Positions 1 to 9,174 of a DNA stretch of 64,000 nucleotides are shown piece by piece (within the stretch, counting starts at the first letter, position 1; each line of letters begins with the position of its first letter). The DNA is from Verrucomicrobiales bacterium. GTDB taxonomy: Bacteria; Verrucomicrobiota; Verrucomicrobiia; Verrucomicrobiales; DEV007. Below the pieces are notes generated by a model, which searched no databases, was not told the origin of the DNA, and saw nothing but the letters and a program-made list of their open reading frames with translations. Position numbers and translations under genes: made by a program. The stretch is taken from assembly GCA_028281705.1 (NCBI GenBank), contig JANQJH010000454.1:23385-87384 (forward strand), in the 5' to 3' direction.

Positions 1-2
1 TC

Positions 3-2267
3 GTGGGTTCTCGCTTCGGCTTCGGTGATATCGCCAACGTGGAAGTGGCGGCCGTGAAAGACAAGGCGAACTACAACCTTGTCGTGAATATCCCGGCCGA
101 CGACCGGAGGGTCTACGTGCGCTTGCACTGGACTGTGAAGGAGAATATCGGCGGTGTGGTCACCGAGACGCAAAAGTGGATCGACTACATCTACCTGTCG
201 GCCAATGTGCACTACATTTCCTCGCCGACTCCGGGCACTACGATTGGTCTTCAGGATGTCGACGGTTGTAAAGCAGCGCCTTCCATCCTCGTGGAGTGGG
301 TGGCAGCCCAAAACCTGGGGCAGCCCGACCGTTGGTGGCTCTATGTCGGTACCGCTGCCGACCCGGATAGTATCCTGAACAGTGGTGAAATTGCCGCGGG
401 TGAGCGTAGCTTCACGGTCAATAATATTCCGACCAACGGCCAGCCGATCATCATCACGCTGTGGTGGGAGAAAGGCGACGCCAACGACTGGCAGTCCAAT
501 GTCTTTGGTTACAACACCTCGATCCTTCCGAGCATCAAGGTCAGCAATCCGCTTCCTGGAACCGAAGGTGCCATGGAACTCGAGCCCAATGGCTTGAGGG
601 TGCAATTCTGGTGGGTCTATGCCGGTACCGCCGCCGACGTCCCCAATGCTGGGGATCCGCCCAATCCGACCCGCTACCACAGTGCTGGTCTCGAAGTGCC
701 CGAGGCTGATCGCGGCACGACTTCGTCCCTCGTTTCGTTCCAGAACTTCCCCGATGATGGATCAAACGTCGAGGTCGTCCTCTGGTGGCGCCTCGAAGGT
801 GAAGGTCCCGATAAGTGGAAGTGTCGTCAGTTCACCTACAAGGCCTCCTCTGGCCCAGTGATCACCGCGCCCGTCAAGGGTGGGGACAATCCCGACAAGC
901 TCCCGATCGATCTCACGAGCCCGACCAACACGACCACGGTCACTTGGGACGACAAGGGAACGGCCGCACAGCAGTGGCAGGTCGTGATTAACGAGGATGG
1001 CGATCCCGCCAACAACGGCCTCTGGAAGAGCGCTCTCCTCGCCCCCGACGTGCGCACGGTTGAGGCGCCGAACACGATCTTCACCACGGATGGCCGCAAG
1101 GTCTACATCATCCTGCGTTACTGGGTGAGCGGTGGTTTGGCTGAGGATGCCTTCACCGATGCCGTGGTCTGTGTCTTCGACACCAAGAAGGTTCCCTATC
1201 TCACGGCTCCTGGCAGCATTGCGAAATGCTTCACCAACAATCTGGGTAACGAGGTAACCTTCGAATGGCTCGACGGCAACTTCGTCGGCGGGGATCCCGC
1301 TCAGTCTCCGCTCGGTTACTGGCTCTATGTGGGTTCGACCCAAGGTGGCCGCGAGTTCCACAACAGCGGTGCCCTGGCCAACACAGTGCTCGCCCGCACA
1401 GTGACCAACCTGCCGACGGACGGCGCGGCTCTCTGGGTCCGCCTCTGGTGGTTGATCGAGGAGAAGACCACCCAGACCAATCCCAATCCTGATGGTGGTG
1501 GCGGAATCATCGAGGTCACCACGCAGAAGTGGTTGCCGCGTGACTTCAAGTTCACCAATCCTCAGTGTCCTGAGATCACGGATCCGACCTACGGTGGCAC
1601 CATTATTGGCGCCCAGCGGGTGATCACGATTGATCGCCGGAACGTGGCCCTTGACGCCCTTTGGGTTACGGTTTCTTCCATCGCTCCCACCGGTGGCGAC
1701 GACAAGAACAAGAATCCGCAGACGGCCGACATCGACGACAGCAACCTGCTGACGCCGACGACCACGGCTTACACCGTGCGCAACCTGCCGATCGACGGAT
1801 CTCAGGTCTACGTCACCCTGTGGTGGCTCAAGTCGAGCAATCAGGTTCAGAATTGGAACTTCCGCACCTTCTGCTACGTCTCCTCCGCGGACGCGCCGCT
1901 GCCATCCTTGGTGGTGCCCGATCCGACGAAGGACGTCGATGCGACTGATCTCGAGTTCGCCTGGAAGAGCAACAACGCCGTGGCCTTCGGTTGGTGGCTC
2001 TATGTCGCCGACAACCAGGCGGCTGACAAAGGAGGTGGCGCTGACGGCTTCAACGTCCACAACTCCGGCTTCATCCAGCCGGGTGAGAATGATCCGAACT
2101 TCCTCATCAAGGAGCAGGTCAATGGCCTTCCCTGTGGCACGTTCTTCGTGACCCTGTGGTATCTCGATCAGAACCTCACGTGGCTGAAGATCCAGTACAC
2201 GCTCAACAACAAGGCCGGTTGCGGTGGCGGAGGCACGCCTCCAGGTGACGGCCCCAGTGGTGAGTAA
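3..2267 (+). CDS. Secreted repeat protein of unknown function, 5-prime end cut by the window edge (at least 7 copies of a ~90-110 aa module)
   Basis: 754-aa ORF open to the left edge. It contains a recurring module, e.g. WWLYVGTAADPDSILNSGE...NNIPTNGQPIIITLWW and GYWLYVGSTQGGREFHNSGA...TNLPTDGAALWVRLWW. It has a Gly/Pro-rich C-terminal tail and is followed by a perfect hairpin terminator. The antisense ORF 762..2345 has Arg/Gly-rich junk composition. Confidence 0.75.
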   Translation: MGSRFGFGDIANVEVAAVKDKANYNLVVNIPADDRRVYVRLHWTVKENIGGVVTETQKWIDYIYLSANVHYISSPTPGTTIGLQDVDGCKAAPSILVEWVAAQNLGQPDRWWLYVGTAADPDSILNSGEIAAGERSFTVNNIPTNGQPIIITLWWEKGDANDWQSNVFGYNTSILPSIKVSNPLPGTEGAMELEPNGLRVQFWWVYAGTAADVPNAGDPPNPTRYHSAGLEVPEADRGTTSSLVSFQNFPDDGSNVEVVLWWRLEGEGPDKWKCRQFTYKASSGPVITAPVKGGDNPDKLPIDLTSPTNTTTVTWDDKGTAAQQWQVVINEDGDPANNGLWKSALLAPDVRTVEAPNTIFTTDGRKVYIILRYWVSGGLAEDAFTDAVVCVFDTKKVPYLTAPGSIAKCFTNNLGNEVTFEWLDGNFVGGDPAQSPLGYWLYVGSTQGGREFHNSGALANTVLARTVTNLPTDGAALWVRLWWLIEEKTTQTNPNPDGGGGIIEVTTQKWLPRDFKFTNPQCPEITDPTYGGTIIGAQRVITIDRRNVALDALWVTVSSIAPTGGDDKNKNPQTADIDDSNLLTPTTTAYTVRNLPIDGSQVYVTLWWLKSSNQVQNWNFRTFCYVSSADAPLPSLVVPDPTKDVDATDLEFAWKSNNAVAFGWWLYVADNQAADKGGGADGFNVHNSGFIQPGENDPNFLIKEQVNGLPCGTFFVTLWYLDQNLTWLKIQYTLNNKAGCGGGGTPPGDGPSGE

Positions 2268-2337
2268 AATGACCACGAGACGGGGACACCGACCGCTCAC
2301 GTAGCCAGAGGGGTCTCCGAATCGAAAACAACTTCGA

Positions 2338-2373
2338 GCGGCCAACGGGTTTCCCGTTGGCCGCTTTGTTTTG
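2338..2373 (+). terminator. Rho-independent terminator after the first repeat-protein gene
   Basis: Perfect 12-bp stem gcggccaacggg / cccgttggccgc with a 3-nt loop (ttt), followed by tttgttttg, 70 nt after the stop codon. Confidence 0.75.
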
Positions 2374-2517
2374 TACCTGCGAACCGTTTTCGGTTTTGTC
2401 AGAACCAGAGGAATTCCAAGTTGAATCCTTCCTGGGTCTGCCTCAGATTACCGGGCGGGACTTTCGTCCAGGCTCCTATCCGTACGCACTCCTTCTTCTT
2501 CGCCCCTTACTTGGACC

Positions 2518-4344
2518 ATGATTTTTCGTCTTACTATCTCCGCGCTCTTTCTGAGCATCCTCACCACCTGGGCCGCCCCGCGGCTGACAACACCGATCAA
2601 TGAGAGCACGCTTTCGGGATCGACGGTGGAATTTGAGTGGACCCCCGATACGTCGGAGGTCTTTTTCTGGCACCTGGCGGTCGGCTCGGAGCAGGGAGCA
2701 GATGACTTGTTTAGCCGAGGCTACAGCGCTGAAGCGCGTTCCCAGACCGTCTCGGGGTTGCCGGTGGATGGCTCCGGCGTCTTTGTTCGGCTTTACTACA
2801 TGGTGAGGACCGACACCGGGTTTCGCTTCCTGCACACCGATTACACCTTCAGCACGCCGCTGCCGGCGCCTCCCGCGTTGACCACCCCGGCCCCGGGGAG
2901 TGTGTTTCAATCCGAGGACGTGATTTTCCGCTGGGAGGACCGGGGAACCTTGGCCTCCACCTGGCGCCTCCAGGTCGGGAGCACGGTTGGCGGTGCCGAG
3001 TATGCGGACACGTCGCTCGGGGCGGATGTCCGTTCCGTGGAGATTACGGGACTACCCGCCGATGGCTCACCTGTTTGGGTGCGGTTTCATTATTTCTTCG
3101 GCAACATCTGGCGCCACATCGACTACCAGTTCACTGCCAAGATCACCTCGACGACCCCAGTGATCACCAGCCCGGCTCCGGGCGGCACAGTGACGAGTTT
3201 GCCCTTTGTGGTTCAGTGGACCCCGAGTTTGACCACGGTCACCAAATGGCAGGTCCAGGTGGGCGCCGCCCAGGGAGGTTCGGAAATTCTCGATACCGGC
3301 GAATTGGCCGCGGAGACGAGAGCAGCGACGGTGGATACCTTGCCCGATGGGACCACCACCTTTTGGATCCGGCTCCGCTATGAGGCCGACGGCAACTGGG
3401 AAGAGAAAGACTTTGAAGTCGCCTATGATCCCAACGGTGATGGGGCTCCCCAGGTTTTCAACCCGCCGCCGGGCACCGAGATTGTCGGTGCGCAGGCCCA
3501 GTTTCAGTGGACGGGGAATTCGGTCGCCGTGGAGCAGTGGTGGATTTACGTCGGCACCTCCACGGGTGATGACAGTCTCTTCAACAGGGACATGGGAACG
3601 GCGACCGCGGTGACCGTCAATAACTTGCCCACCGACGGTGCGCCGCTCTATGTGCGCCTCTTTTACCGGGTGGGGGAGATCTGGAATCAGCGGGACCACC
3701 TCTACACCTCGAGGCGCCTTCCGAAAATGGTCTTTCCGGCGCCCGGCACTCAGATCACGGGGCCTCAGATCAAGTTCGAGTGGGATGACAACGGAGTCAT
3801 TGGCAATGCCTGGGGGATCAACGTCGGCCGTACCAGAGGGGGCACCGATATCTTTGAGTCCGGGACGCTTCTCGGCGATCAGCGCACCCGTGATGTGATC
3901 ATTCCTCCCTCGGTGACGGGCGAGGTCTGGGTCCGGCTCCTGCACTTGCCGGATAGTCTTCAATGGGGCTATGCCGATTTCCTCTACACCGTGCAGAGCC
4001 CGCAGCAGCCTGCCTTGCTCGAACCCGCGCCAGGGAGCACCATCAATGGTGGAGGTGAGCAGCGTCTCCATTTCGGTCCGAACGGGACAACCCTCTTTGC
4101 CTACTGGGTCTACGTGGGGACGAGCGTCGGTGCCCGGGACCTCTTCAACTCCGGCTTCATCAACAGCGAGCAGACCTCGGTCGATGTCACTTTTGCCAAC
4201 GAAGATGCCACCATCCACGTCCGGCTGTGGTGGCTCGTCGGGATCAATCGCTGGAGCTTTGCCGACTACACATTGCGCGTGGCGAAGAACGAGAATCCTG
4301 GCGGACCCGCTCCGGCAGGACCGATCACGCCTCCCGGTACGTGA
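2518..4344 (+). CDS. Secreted repeat protein, paralog of the upstream gene (six ~90-aa modules)
   Basis: ATG start. N-terminal signal-like segment MIFRLTISALFLSILTTWAAP. Six modules each begin with a P-x-P-G-like segment and contain W-x-L/V-x-V-G-S/T-x-x-G-G ... G-L-P-x-D-G-S-x-V-x-V-R-L-x-Y. The tail is Gly/Pro-rich. Confidence 0.8.
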   Translation: MIFRLTISALFLSILTTWAAPRLTTPINESTLSGSTVEFEWTPDTSEVFFWHLAVGSEQGADDLFSRGYSAEARSQTVSGLPVDGSGVFVRLYYMVRTDTGFRFLHTDYTFSTPLPAPPALTTPAPGSVFQSEDVIFRWEDRGTLASTWRLQVGSTVGGAEYADTSLGADVRSVEITGLPADGSPVWVRFHYFFGNIWRHIDYQFTAKITSTTPVITSPAPGGTVTSLPFVVQWTPSLTTVTKWQVQVGAAQGGSEILDTGELAAETRAATVDTLPDGTTTFWIRLRYEADGNWEEKDFEVAYDPNGDGAPQVFNPPPGTEIVGAQAQFQWTGNSVAVEQWWIYVGTSTGDDSLFNRDMGTATAVTVNNLPTDGAPLYVRLFYRVGEIWNQRDHLYTSRRLPKMVFPAPGTQITGPQIKFEWDDNGVIGNAWGINVGRTRGGTDIFESGTLLGDQRTRDVIIPPSVTGEVWVRLLHLPDSLQWGYADFLYTVQSPQQPALLEPAPGSTINGGGEQRLHFGPNGTTLFAYWVYVGTSVGARDLFNSGFINSEQTSVDVTFANEDATIHVRLWWLVGINRWSFADYTLRVAKNENPGGPAPAGPITPPGT

Positions 4345-4518
4345 TGATGCCGGGCACGGGCTCCTGATACCGTGCCTCGTTGATTTAGTTCAGGAACGAC
4401 GCTGGCTGGGCGGATAGTAGTGTCCGCATCACCCGGTTGGGCTCGCTTACCTCACCAAGTCCCGCCTTCTCTCTGAGATCTTGAGTCTGTCACAATGAGA
4501 ACTTCGTTCACTATCACT

Positions 4519-4596
4519 CTTTCGTGGTCTTCGTGACTATGGTAGACAATGACTGGTTGATCGTGGGTTGTCCACGAACGGCACGAAAATCACGAA
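4519..4596. repeat. Imperfect palindrome built from TTCGTG / CACGAA hexamers at 9-bp spacing
   Basis: ttcgtg at 4521 and 4530 on the left. cacgaa at 4573, 4582 and 4591 on the right. The left arm ctttcgtggtcttcgtg is nearly complementary to the right arm cacgaacggcacgaaaa. It lies in a lower-GC spacer between convergent genes. Confidence 0.45.
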
Positions 4597-4680
4597 ATGG
4601 CTGGTTGGAACTTGGTAGGGCGAGCGGGATTGAATTACTCCGCGACGGCGCCTTTTCTGCGCTAACAGAAATCTAGATAG

Positions 4681-6288
4681 TTAGGCGACGATGGCGGCGC
4701 GATCGCTCAGGGCGCCTGATTTTTCCACGAAGTAATCGTAGTCGCTCGGGTAGGAATGGACTTCGCCGTTGGTCACGTGGAGGACCTTGGTCGCGAGTTT
4801 GCGAATGAAGTGCACGTCGTGTGAAATGAAAACCAGGGTGCCCTCGTAGCGTTCCAGGGCGATGATGAGCGATTCCACGCTCAAGATGTCCAGGTGCGTC
4901 GTCGGCTCGTCCATGAGCAGGAGATTTGGCGGGTCGACGAGGAACTTGACCAGATTCAAGCGGCTCTTCTCACCACCGCTGAGGACGGCCGTTTTCTTGT
5001 AAATGTCCTCCTTGCGAAAGAGAAAGGAGCCGAGGATCCCCCGGACTTGATCTTCGCGGTACTCTGGGGGAGCGCATTTCAGCACCTCCTCCACCACCGT
5101 GTTGTTGGGATCCAACTGAGCCGACCGGTGCTGCGAGAAGTAGCCGATTTTCGCGTTGTGACCGAGCTTGCGTTCGCCTTTTTGAAACTCGAGTTCGCCG
5201 GCGAGGATCTTGAGCAGGGTTGATTTCCCGGCTCCGTTTGGGCCCACCAGGACGGTGCGTTCTCCGCGCTCCACGATGAGGTCAATGCCAGTATAGACCA
5301 CGTGATCTCCGTAGGCCATGTGGACGCCCTCGATCGAGACGGATTTTTGACCGCCACGCGGCGGCTGGGGAAACCGGAAGGCGAAAGGTTTCTTGGGGCG
5401 CCGCGGTTTCTCGATGAGATCCATTTTCTCGATCTGCTTCAGCTTGCTCTGTGCCTGAGCCGCCTTGGAAGCCACCGAACGAAACTTGTTGGCAAAATCT
5501 TGGAGCGCCTTGATCTCCTTCTGCTGATTCTTGTAGGCGGTGTGGTGTCGCTGGAAGTTCGCTTCGCGCTGTTTCTCGAAATCGGAGTAGTTTCCCTTGT
5601 AGGCGATGAGTCTGGGGTTCTCGATCTCATAGACTTTCTCCACCAGCTCGTCGAGGAACTGGCGGTCGTGAGAGATCATGAGGACAGCCCCGGAGTAACT
5701 CTTGAGATAGTCCTGGAACCAGAGGAGGGAGAGGAGGTCGAGGTGATTCGTCGGCTCATCGAGCATCAGCAGGTCGGGCTCCATGGCCAGTAGTCGCGCG
5801 AGATGCGCCCGCATGATCCAGCCCCCGCTCATCTCCTTCGCCTTTCGATTGAAATCCGTCTCCTTGTAGCCCAGGCCGTGGAGCATGCGCTTCGCCTTGG
5901 CCTCGATCTGCGGGTCGTTCAGCGCATCGTACTTCGCCTGGGCCTCCAAGTAAGCGGCGCCGTCCACGTTGCCTTCCTCTTCAAGGGAGCGGAGTTCGGC
6001 CTCAAGCTTCTCCAACTCGCCGGCCTTGCCCACGGCGACCTCCAGAACCGTCTCGTCGGCAATGGCTTCGCCCTCCTGGGCGAGGTAGCCGATCATGGTC
6101 CATTCGTCCCGTTCGACCTTTCCCTTGTCCGGCTGATCCTGGTTGAGAATGATGGAAAAGAGGGTCGATTTTCCGGCGCCATTGGGGCCGACTAGGGCGA
6201 CGCACTCCCCGTAGTTGACCTGCATCTGAGCGTCTTCAAAGAGCGTCCGGCCTCCGAACGATTTCGTGAGTTTGCGAATGGTAAGCAT
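4681..6288 (-). CDS. ABC-F family ATPase (two ABC domains, no transmembrane domain)
   Basis: 535 aa. It has two Walker A motifs (GPNGAGKST twice), two signature/Walker B regions (MSGGWIMR...LLMLDEPTNHLD and LSGGEKSR...LLLMDEPTTHLD), and a charged linker between the domains. Confidence 0.9.
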   Translation of the reverse strand: MLTIRKLTKSFGGRTLFEDAQMQVNYGECVALVGPNGAGKSTLFSIILNQDQPDKGKVERDEWTMIGYLAQEGEAIADETVLEVAVGKAGELEKLEAELRSLEEEGNVDGAAYLEAQAKYDALNDPQIEAKAKRMLHGLGYKETDFNRKAKEMSGGWIMRAHLARLLAMEPDLLMLDEPTNHLDLLSLLWFQDYLKSYSGAVLMISHDRQFLDELVEKVYEIENPRLIAYKGNYSDFEKQREANFQRHHTAYKNQQKEIKALQDFANKFRSVASKAAQAQSKLKQIEKMDLIEKPRRPKKPFAFRFPQPPRGGQKSVSIEGVHMAYGDHVVYTGIDLIVERGERTVLVGPNGAGKSTLLKILAGELEFQKGERKLGHNAKIGYFSQHRSAQLDPNNTVVEEVLKCAPPEYREDQVRGILGSFLFRKEDIYKKTAVLSGGEKSRLNLVKFLVDPPNLLLMDEPTTHLDILSVESLIIALERYEGTLVFISHDVHFIRKLATKVLHVTNGEVHSYPSDYDYFVEKSGALSDRAAIVA

Positions 6289-6519
6289 AGAAGAATCGGG
6301 GAAGGCAGAGACCGTCTAGCGAGTTGAGAACCCAGAGCTTGCCCAACAATGGTGACTTGTCACGAAATGTTCCCAGATTCGGCCGGGCGCGGTCTGGAAT
6401 TGGGGCGATCTGCGGTTGGCGAAGCGGCGAATAAGCAGATTTGGCGATGTTTAGCAAGACAAAAGTTTGAGCCTGGTGTTTTCTCCGGGCGCCCTCATCG
6501 AGGGACCCAGAGAAACGAT

Positions 6520-7989
6520 ATGACGGTGCGGAACGAATGGAAAACAGTCTTCAAAGGCCGCCGTGGGCTCGCCGTGGGCGCTCTCGTCCTCGGTCTCACA
6601 TTGGCTGGCCTCGGCTGGGTACGCTTCACGAAGCCGGGATCGGGCTCAGAGGTCACCCTGCTTGAGACCGAGCGTTCGAACCTGGTCGTCAGCGTGGAAG
6701 AGAGCGGTACCCTGAAGCCCGTGACGGAGACCACGATTCGCAATGGGGTTCACGGAACGAGCCGAATCATTTATTTGGTGCCTGAAGGCAGCATGGTGGA
6801 GGAAGGCGACTTGCTCGTGGAGTTGGATGCCTCCGGTCTGGAGGATCACGTGGAACGTCGCCTGCTGTCCCACGAACGCCGCCAGGCGACCCACGCCTCG
6901 GCCCAGAGCCGGTTGGTGATCGCCAAGAGCGATGCTGAGAGCAAGGTCCGCAAGGCTCAACTGAAGGTGGATTTTGCCCGCATGGACATGGAGAAATTCG
7001 AGAAATTGGAGCGATCTCATCTCGTCCGGGAAGCGGAAATGGACGTCATGCTGGCCCGAGAATCGTTGAAGATCGCGGAGGAGCGCTTTCAGAATTCCAG
7101 GAAGCTCACAGCCGCGGGGTTCGAAACAGAGTCCACCCTCAATCGAGATCGACTTGCGGTAACGACGGATTCCGTGCGGCTGGAGAAGGCGCTCGGTTCT
7201 GAAGAGGTCGAGAAGCGCTTTGATCTGGTGAAGCGCTACGAAAAACTGTCGGCCAACTTGATCGAGACCCAAAAGGAACTCATGCGGACGAAGCGAGAGA
7301 CCGAGGGACGCGTGATTCAGGCGGAGGAGAAGCTTCGCAGTGCCGAGGCTTCCATGGAAGTGTCGGCCTTGGCTCTGGAAGAAGCCCGGGCGCAGCTGTC
7401 CTCGGCCAAGATTCATGCACCCCACGCGGGCATGGTCGTCTACGGCGGCTCCGGGAGTCGAGCCACTCGGGAGTCCATGATCGAAGAGGGCGCCATGGTT
7501 CGCGATCGCCAGGAACTGATCACCATTCCCGATCTCTCGTCCATGAAGATTGCGGTGAAGATTCACGAGACGCTCGCCAGCGATGTGCAGCCGGGCCAGG
7601 ATGCCTTGATCACCTTGGACTCTGACCCGGAGAGAATCTATCGCGGCGAGGTAAGCCACGTGGCGCTCTTCCCGGACCGGCAGAATTTCTGGTCCGCCAG
7701 CAAGGCGCGGGTTTACAGCGCGGAGATCACCATCACGGACCCTGTGGTCGACATCAATCCCGGGGCTTCGGGCAAAGCGCAGATCATTCTCCACTACCTC
7801 GAAGACGTGGTCACCGTGCCCATTGATGCCGTGACCACCATCGAAGGGCAGCAAATCATTGAGGTGCAGTCCGCCGGTAGAAAGACGGAAACCCGTCCGG
7901 TGGAGATCGGCGTCTTCAACGAACGGCGGGTGCATGTTCTCTCGGGCCTGGAGCCCGGGGAGGTCGTGGTGGTGCGCGACGCTAGTTAG
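6520..7989 (+). CDS. HlyD-family membrane fusion / periplasmic adaptor protein
   Basis: Start moved to the ATG at 6520 (MTVRNEWK...), followed by the membrane anchor LAVGALVLGLTLAGLGWV. There is a lipoyl-like segment (VEEGDLLVELD), a long coiled-coil middle, and a beta-barrel C-terminus (IHAPHAGMVVY...). The upstream 57 codons of the ORF look non-coding. Confidence 0.8.
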   Translation: MTVRNEWKTVFKGRRGLAVGALVLGLTLAGLGWVRFTKPGSGSEVTLLETERSNLVVSVEESGTLKPVTETTIRNGVHGTSRIIYLVPEGSMVEEGDLLVELDASGLEDHVERRLLSHERRQATHASAQSRLVIAKSDAESKVRKAQLKVDFARMDMEKFEKLERSHLVREAEMDVMLARESLKIAEERFQNSRKLTAAGFETESTLNRDRLAVTTDSVRLEKALGSEEVEKRFDLVKRYEKLSANLIETQKELMRTKRETEGRVIQAEEKLRSAEASMEVSALALEEARAQLSSAKIHAPHAGMVVYGGSGSRATRESMIEEGAMVRDRQELITIPDLSSMKIAVKIHETLASDVQPGQDALITLDSDPERIYRGEVSHVALFPDRQNFWSASKARVYSAEITITDPVVDINPGASGKAQIILHYLEDVVTVPIDAVTTIEGQQIIEVQSAGRKTETRPVEIGVFNERRVHVLSGLEPGEVVVVRDAS

Positions 7990-8058
7990 CGGGGCGGCGA
8001 GCGATCCCCGTAAAGCCGGCGTTGCACTGGCCGGCAGAATCCGCTATCAAGCGAACCC

Positions 8059-9111
8059 ATGAGCGTTGATTACAATGCCTTTGCTAGTGACAACGGTGCC
8101 GGTATCTGTCCCGATGCGTGGTCGGCGCTTGAAGAAGCCAACACGGCTCATGCCCCTTCCTATGGAGATGATGCCTATACGGATACAGCGTGCGGGTATC
8201 TGCGGGAGATCTTCGAAGCGGATGTCGACGTCTTCTTCGTTTTCAACGGCACGGCGGCCAATGCTCTGGCTCTTTCGGCGCTTTGTCAGGGCCATCACGC
8301 CGTGGTGGCTCATGAAAAGGCGCACATTGTGACCGATGAATGTGGGGCGCCCGAGTTTTTCACCGGAGGTTCCAAGATTCTCGGCTGTCCGGGTGAGGGA
8401 GCCAAACTCTCCTCTCCGGAGGTGGAGCGCGTGGTGAAGCAGCGTCGCGACTTGCATTTTCCCAAGCCCCGTGCGCTCAGCCTGACCCAGGCGACGGAGT
8501 TCGGGACGATTTACGACGTGGAAGAACTCAAGGAATTGACCGCCTGCGCGCGGATCCACGGCTTGCGGGTCCATGTCGATGGCGCTCGATTTGCCAACGC
8601 CGTCGTCAGTTCGGGAGCGACACCGGCCGACCTCACCTGGAGGGCGGGGGTGGATGTGATGAGTTTTGGCCTGACCAAACTGGGAACGGGTGTGGGAGAG
8701 GCGGTCATTTTTTTCGATCGAGCCCTGGCGGATGAGTTTGATTACCGGTGCAAACACGCCGGTCAGCTGGCTTCAAAGATGCGTTTCATCACCTCGGCCT
8801 GGTGCGGTCTCTTGAGAGAAGACCGGTGGCGCGGTGTGGCGCGACAGGCTAACGACCGTGCGCAATCACTGCGGCAATCGATCTCGGACATTCCCGGCGT
8901 GGAGATCTTGTTTCCCACCGAGGCCAATGCCGTCTTTGCCCGCTTCCCCCAGGCGGTGAAGGAAGTGATGCATGCGCGCGGTTGGCATTTTTACGAACTC
9001 GCCGGCGTGGGAGACTCCCGTCTCATGTGTTCGTGGGCCACTCGAGAGGAAGACATTACCGCCTTCGCCGCCGACCTCCGCCTCGCCTTCGATGAGGCAA
9101 ACGGCCGGTAG
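8059..9111 (+). CDS. ltaE: Low-specificity threonine aldolase family (PLP, beta-eliminating lyase fold)
   Basis: The sequence is colinear with LtaE-type enzymes: SDN...YGDD...NGTAANALAL...HVDGARFANA...MSFGLTKLG (the PLP lysine context). Confidence 0.75.
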   Translation: MSVDYNAFASDNGAGICPDAWSALEEANTAHAPSYGDDAYTDTACGYLREIFEADVDVFFVFNGTAANALALSALCQGHHAVVAHEKAHIVTDECGAPEFFTGGSKILGCPGEGAKLSSPEVERVVKQRRDLHFPKPRALSLTQATEFGTIYDVEELKELTACARIHGLRVHVDGARFANAVVSSGATPADLTWRAGVDVMSFGLTKLGTGVGEAVIFFDRALADEFDYRCKHAGQLASKMRFITSAWCGLLREDRWRGVARQANDRAQSLRQSISDIPGVEILFPTEANAVFARFPQAVKEVMHARGWHFYELAGVGDSRLMCSWATREEDITAFAADLRLAFDEANGR

Positions 9112-9174
9112 GTTTGTGCAATTCTCTGTTCATGGCTTTACAGCCCTCTGCCTTCTTGGCTACATCGTGCCACG

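Noticed and set aside
762-2345. 527-aa ORF antisense to the first repeat-protein gene
   Set aside because: Its Arg/Gly/Val-rich, low-complexity composition is typical of shadow ORFs in GC-rich DNA. The plus-strand ORF has a clear internal repeat structure and a terminator in the matching orientation.
3067-4218. 383-aa ORF antisense to the second repeat-protein gene
   Set aside because: Same reasoning: junk-like composition, while the sense ORF carries six well-formed repeats and a signal peptide.
4539-4676. 45-codon ORF (MVDNDWLIVGCPRTARKSRNGW...) inside the hexamer palindrome spacer
   Set aside because: Its sequence is dictated by the CACGAA repeats and there is no obvious ribosome-binding site, so I cannot support it as a gene.
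6349-6519. 57-codon N-terminal extension of the HlyD-family ORF
   Set aside because: It has no signal-like or domain-like features. The ATG at 6520 is followed directly by the expected membrane anchor.
6646-7935. 429-aa ORF antisense to the HlyD-family gene
   Set aside because: No recognisable motif and a skewed Arg/Gly/His composition. The sense ORF has the full adaptor architecture.
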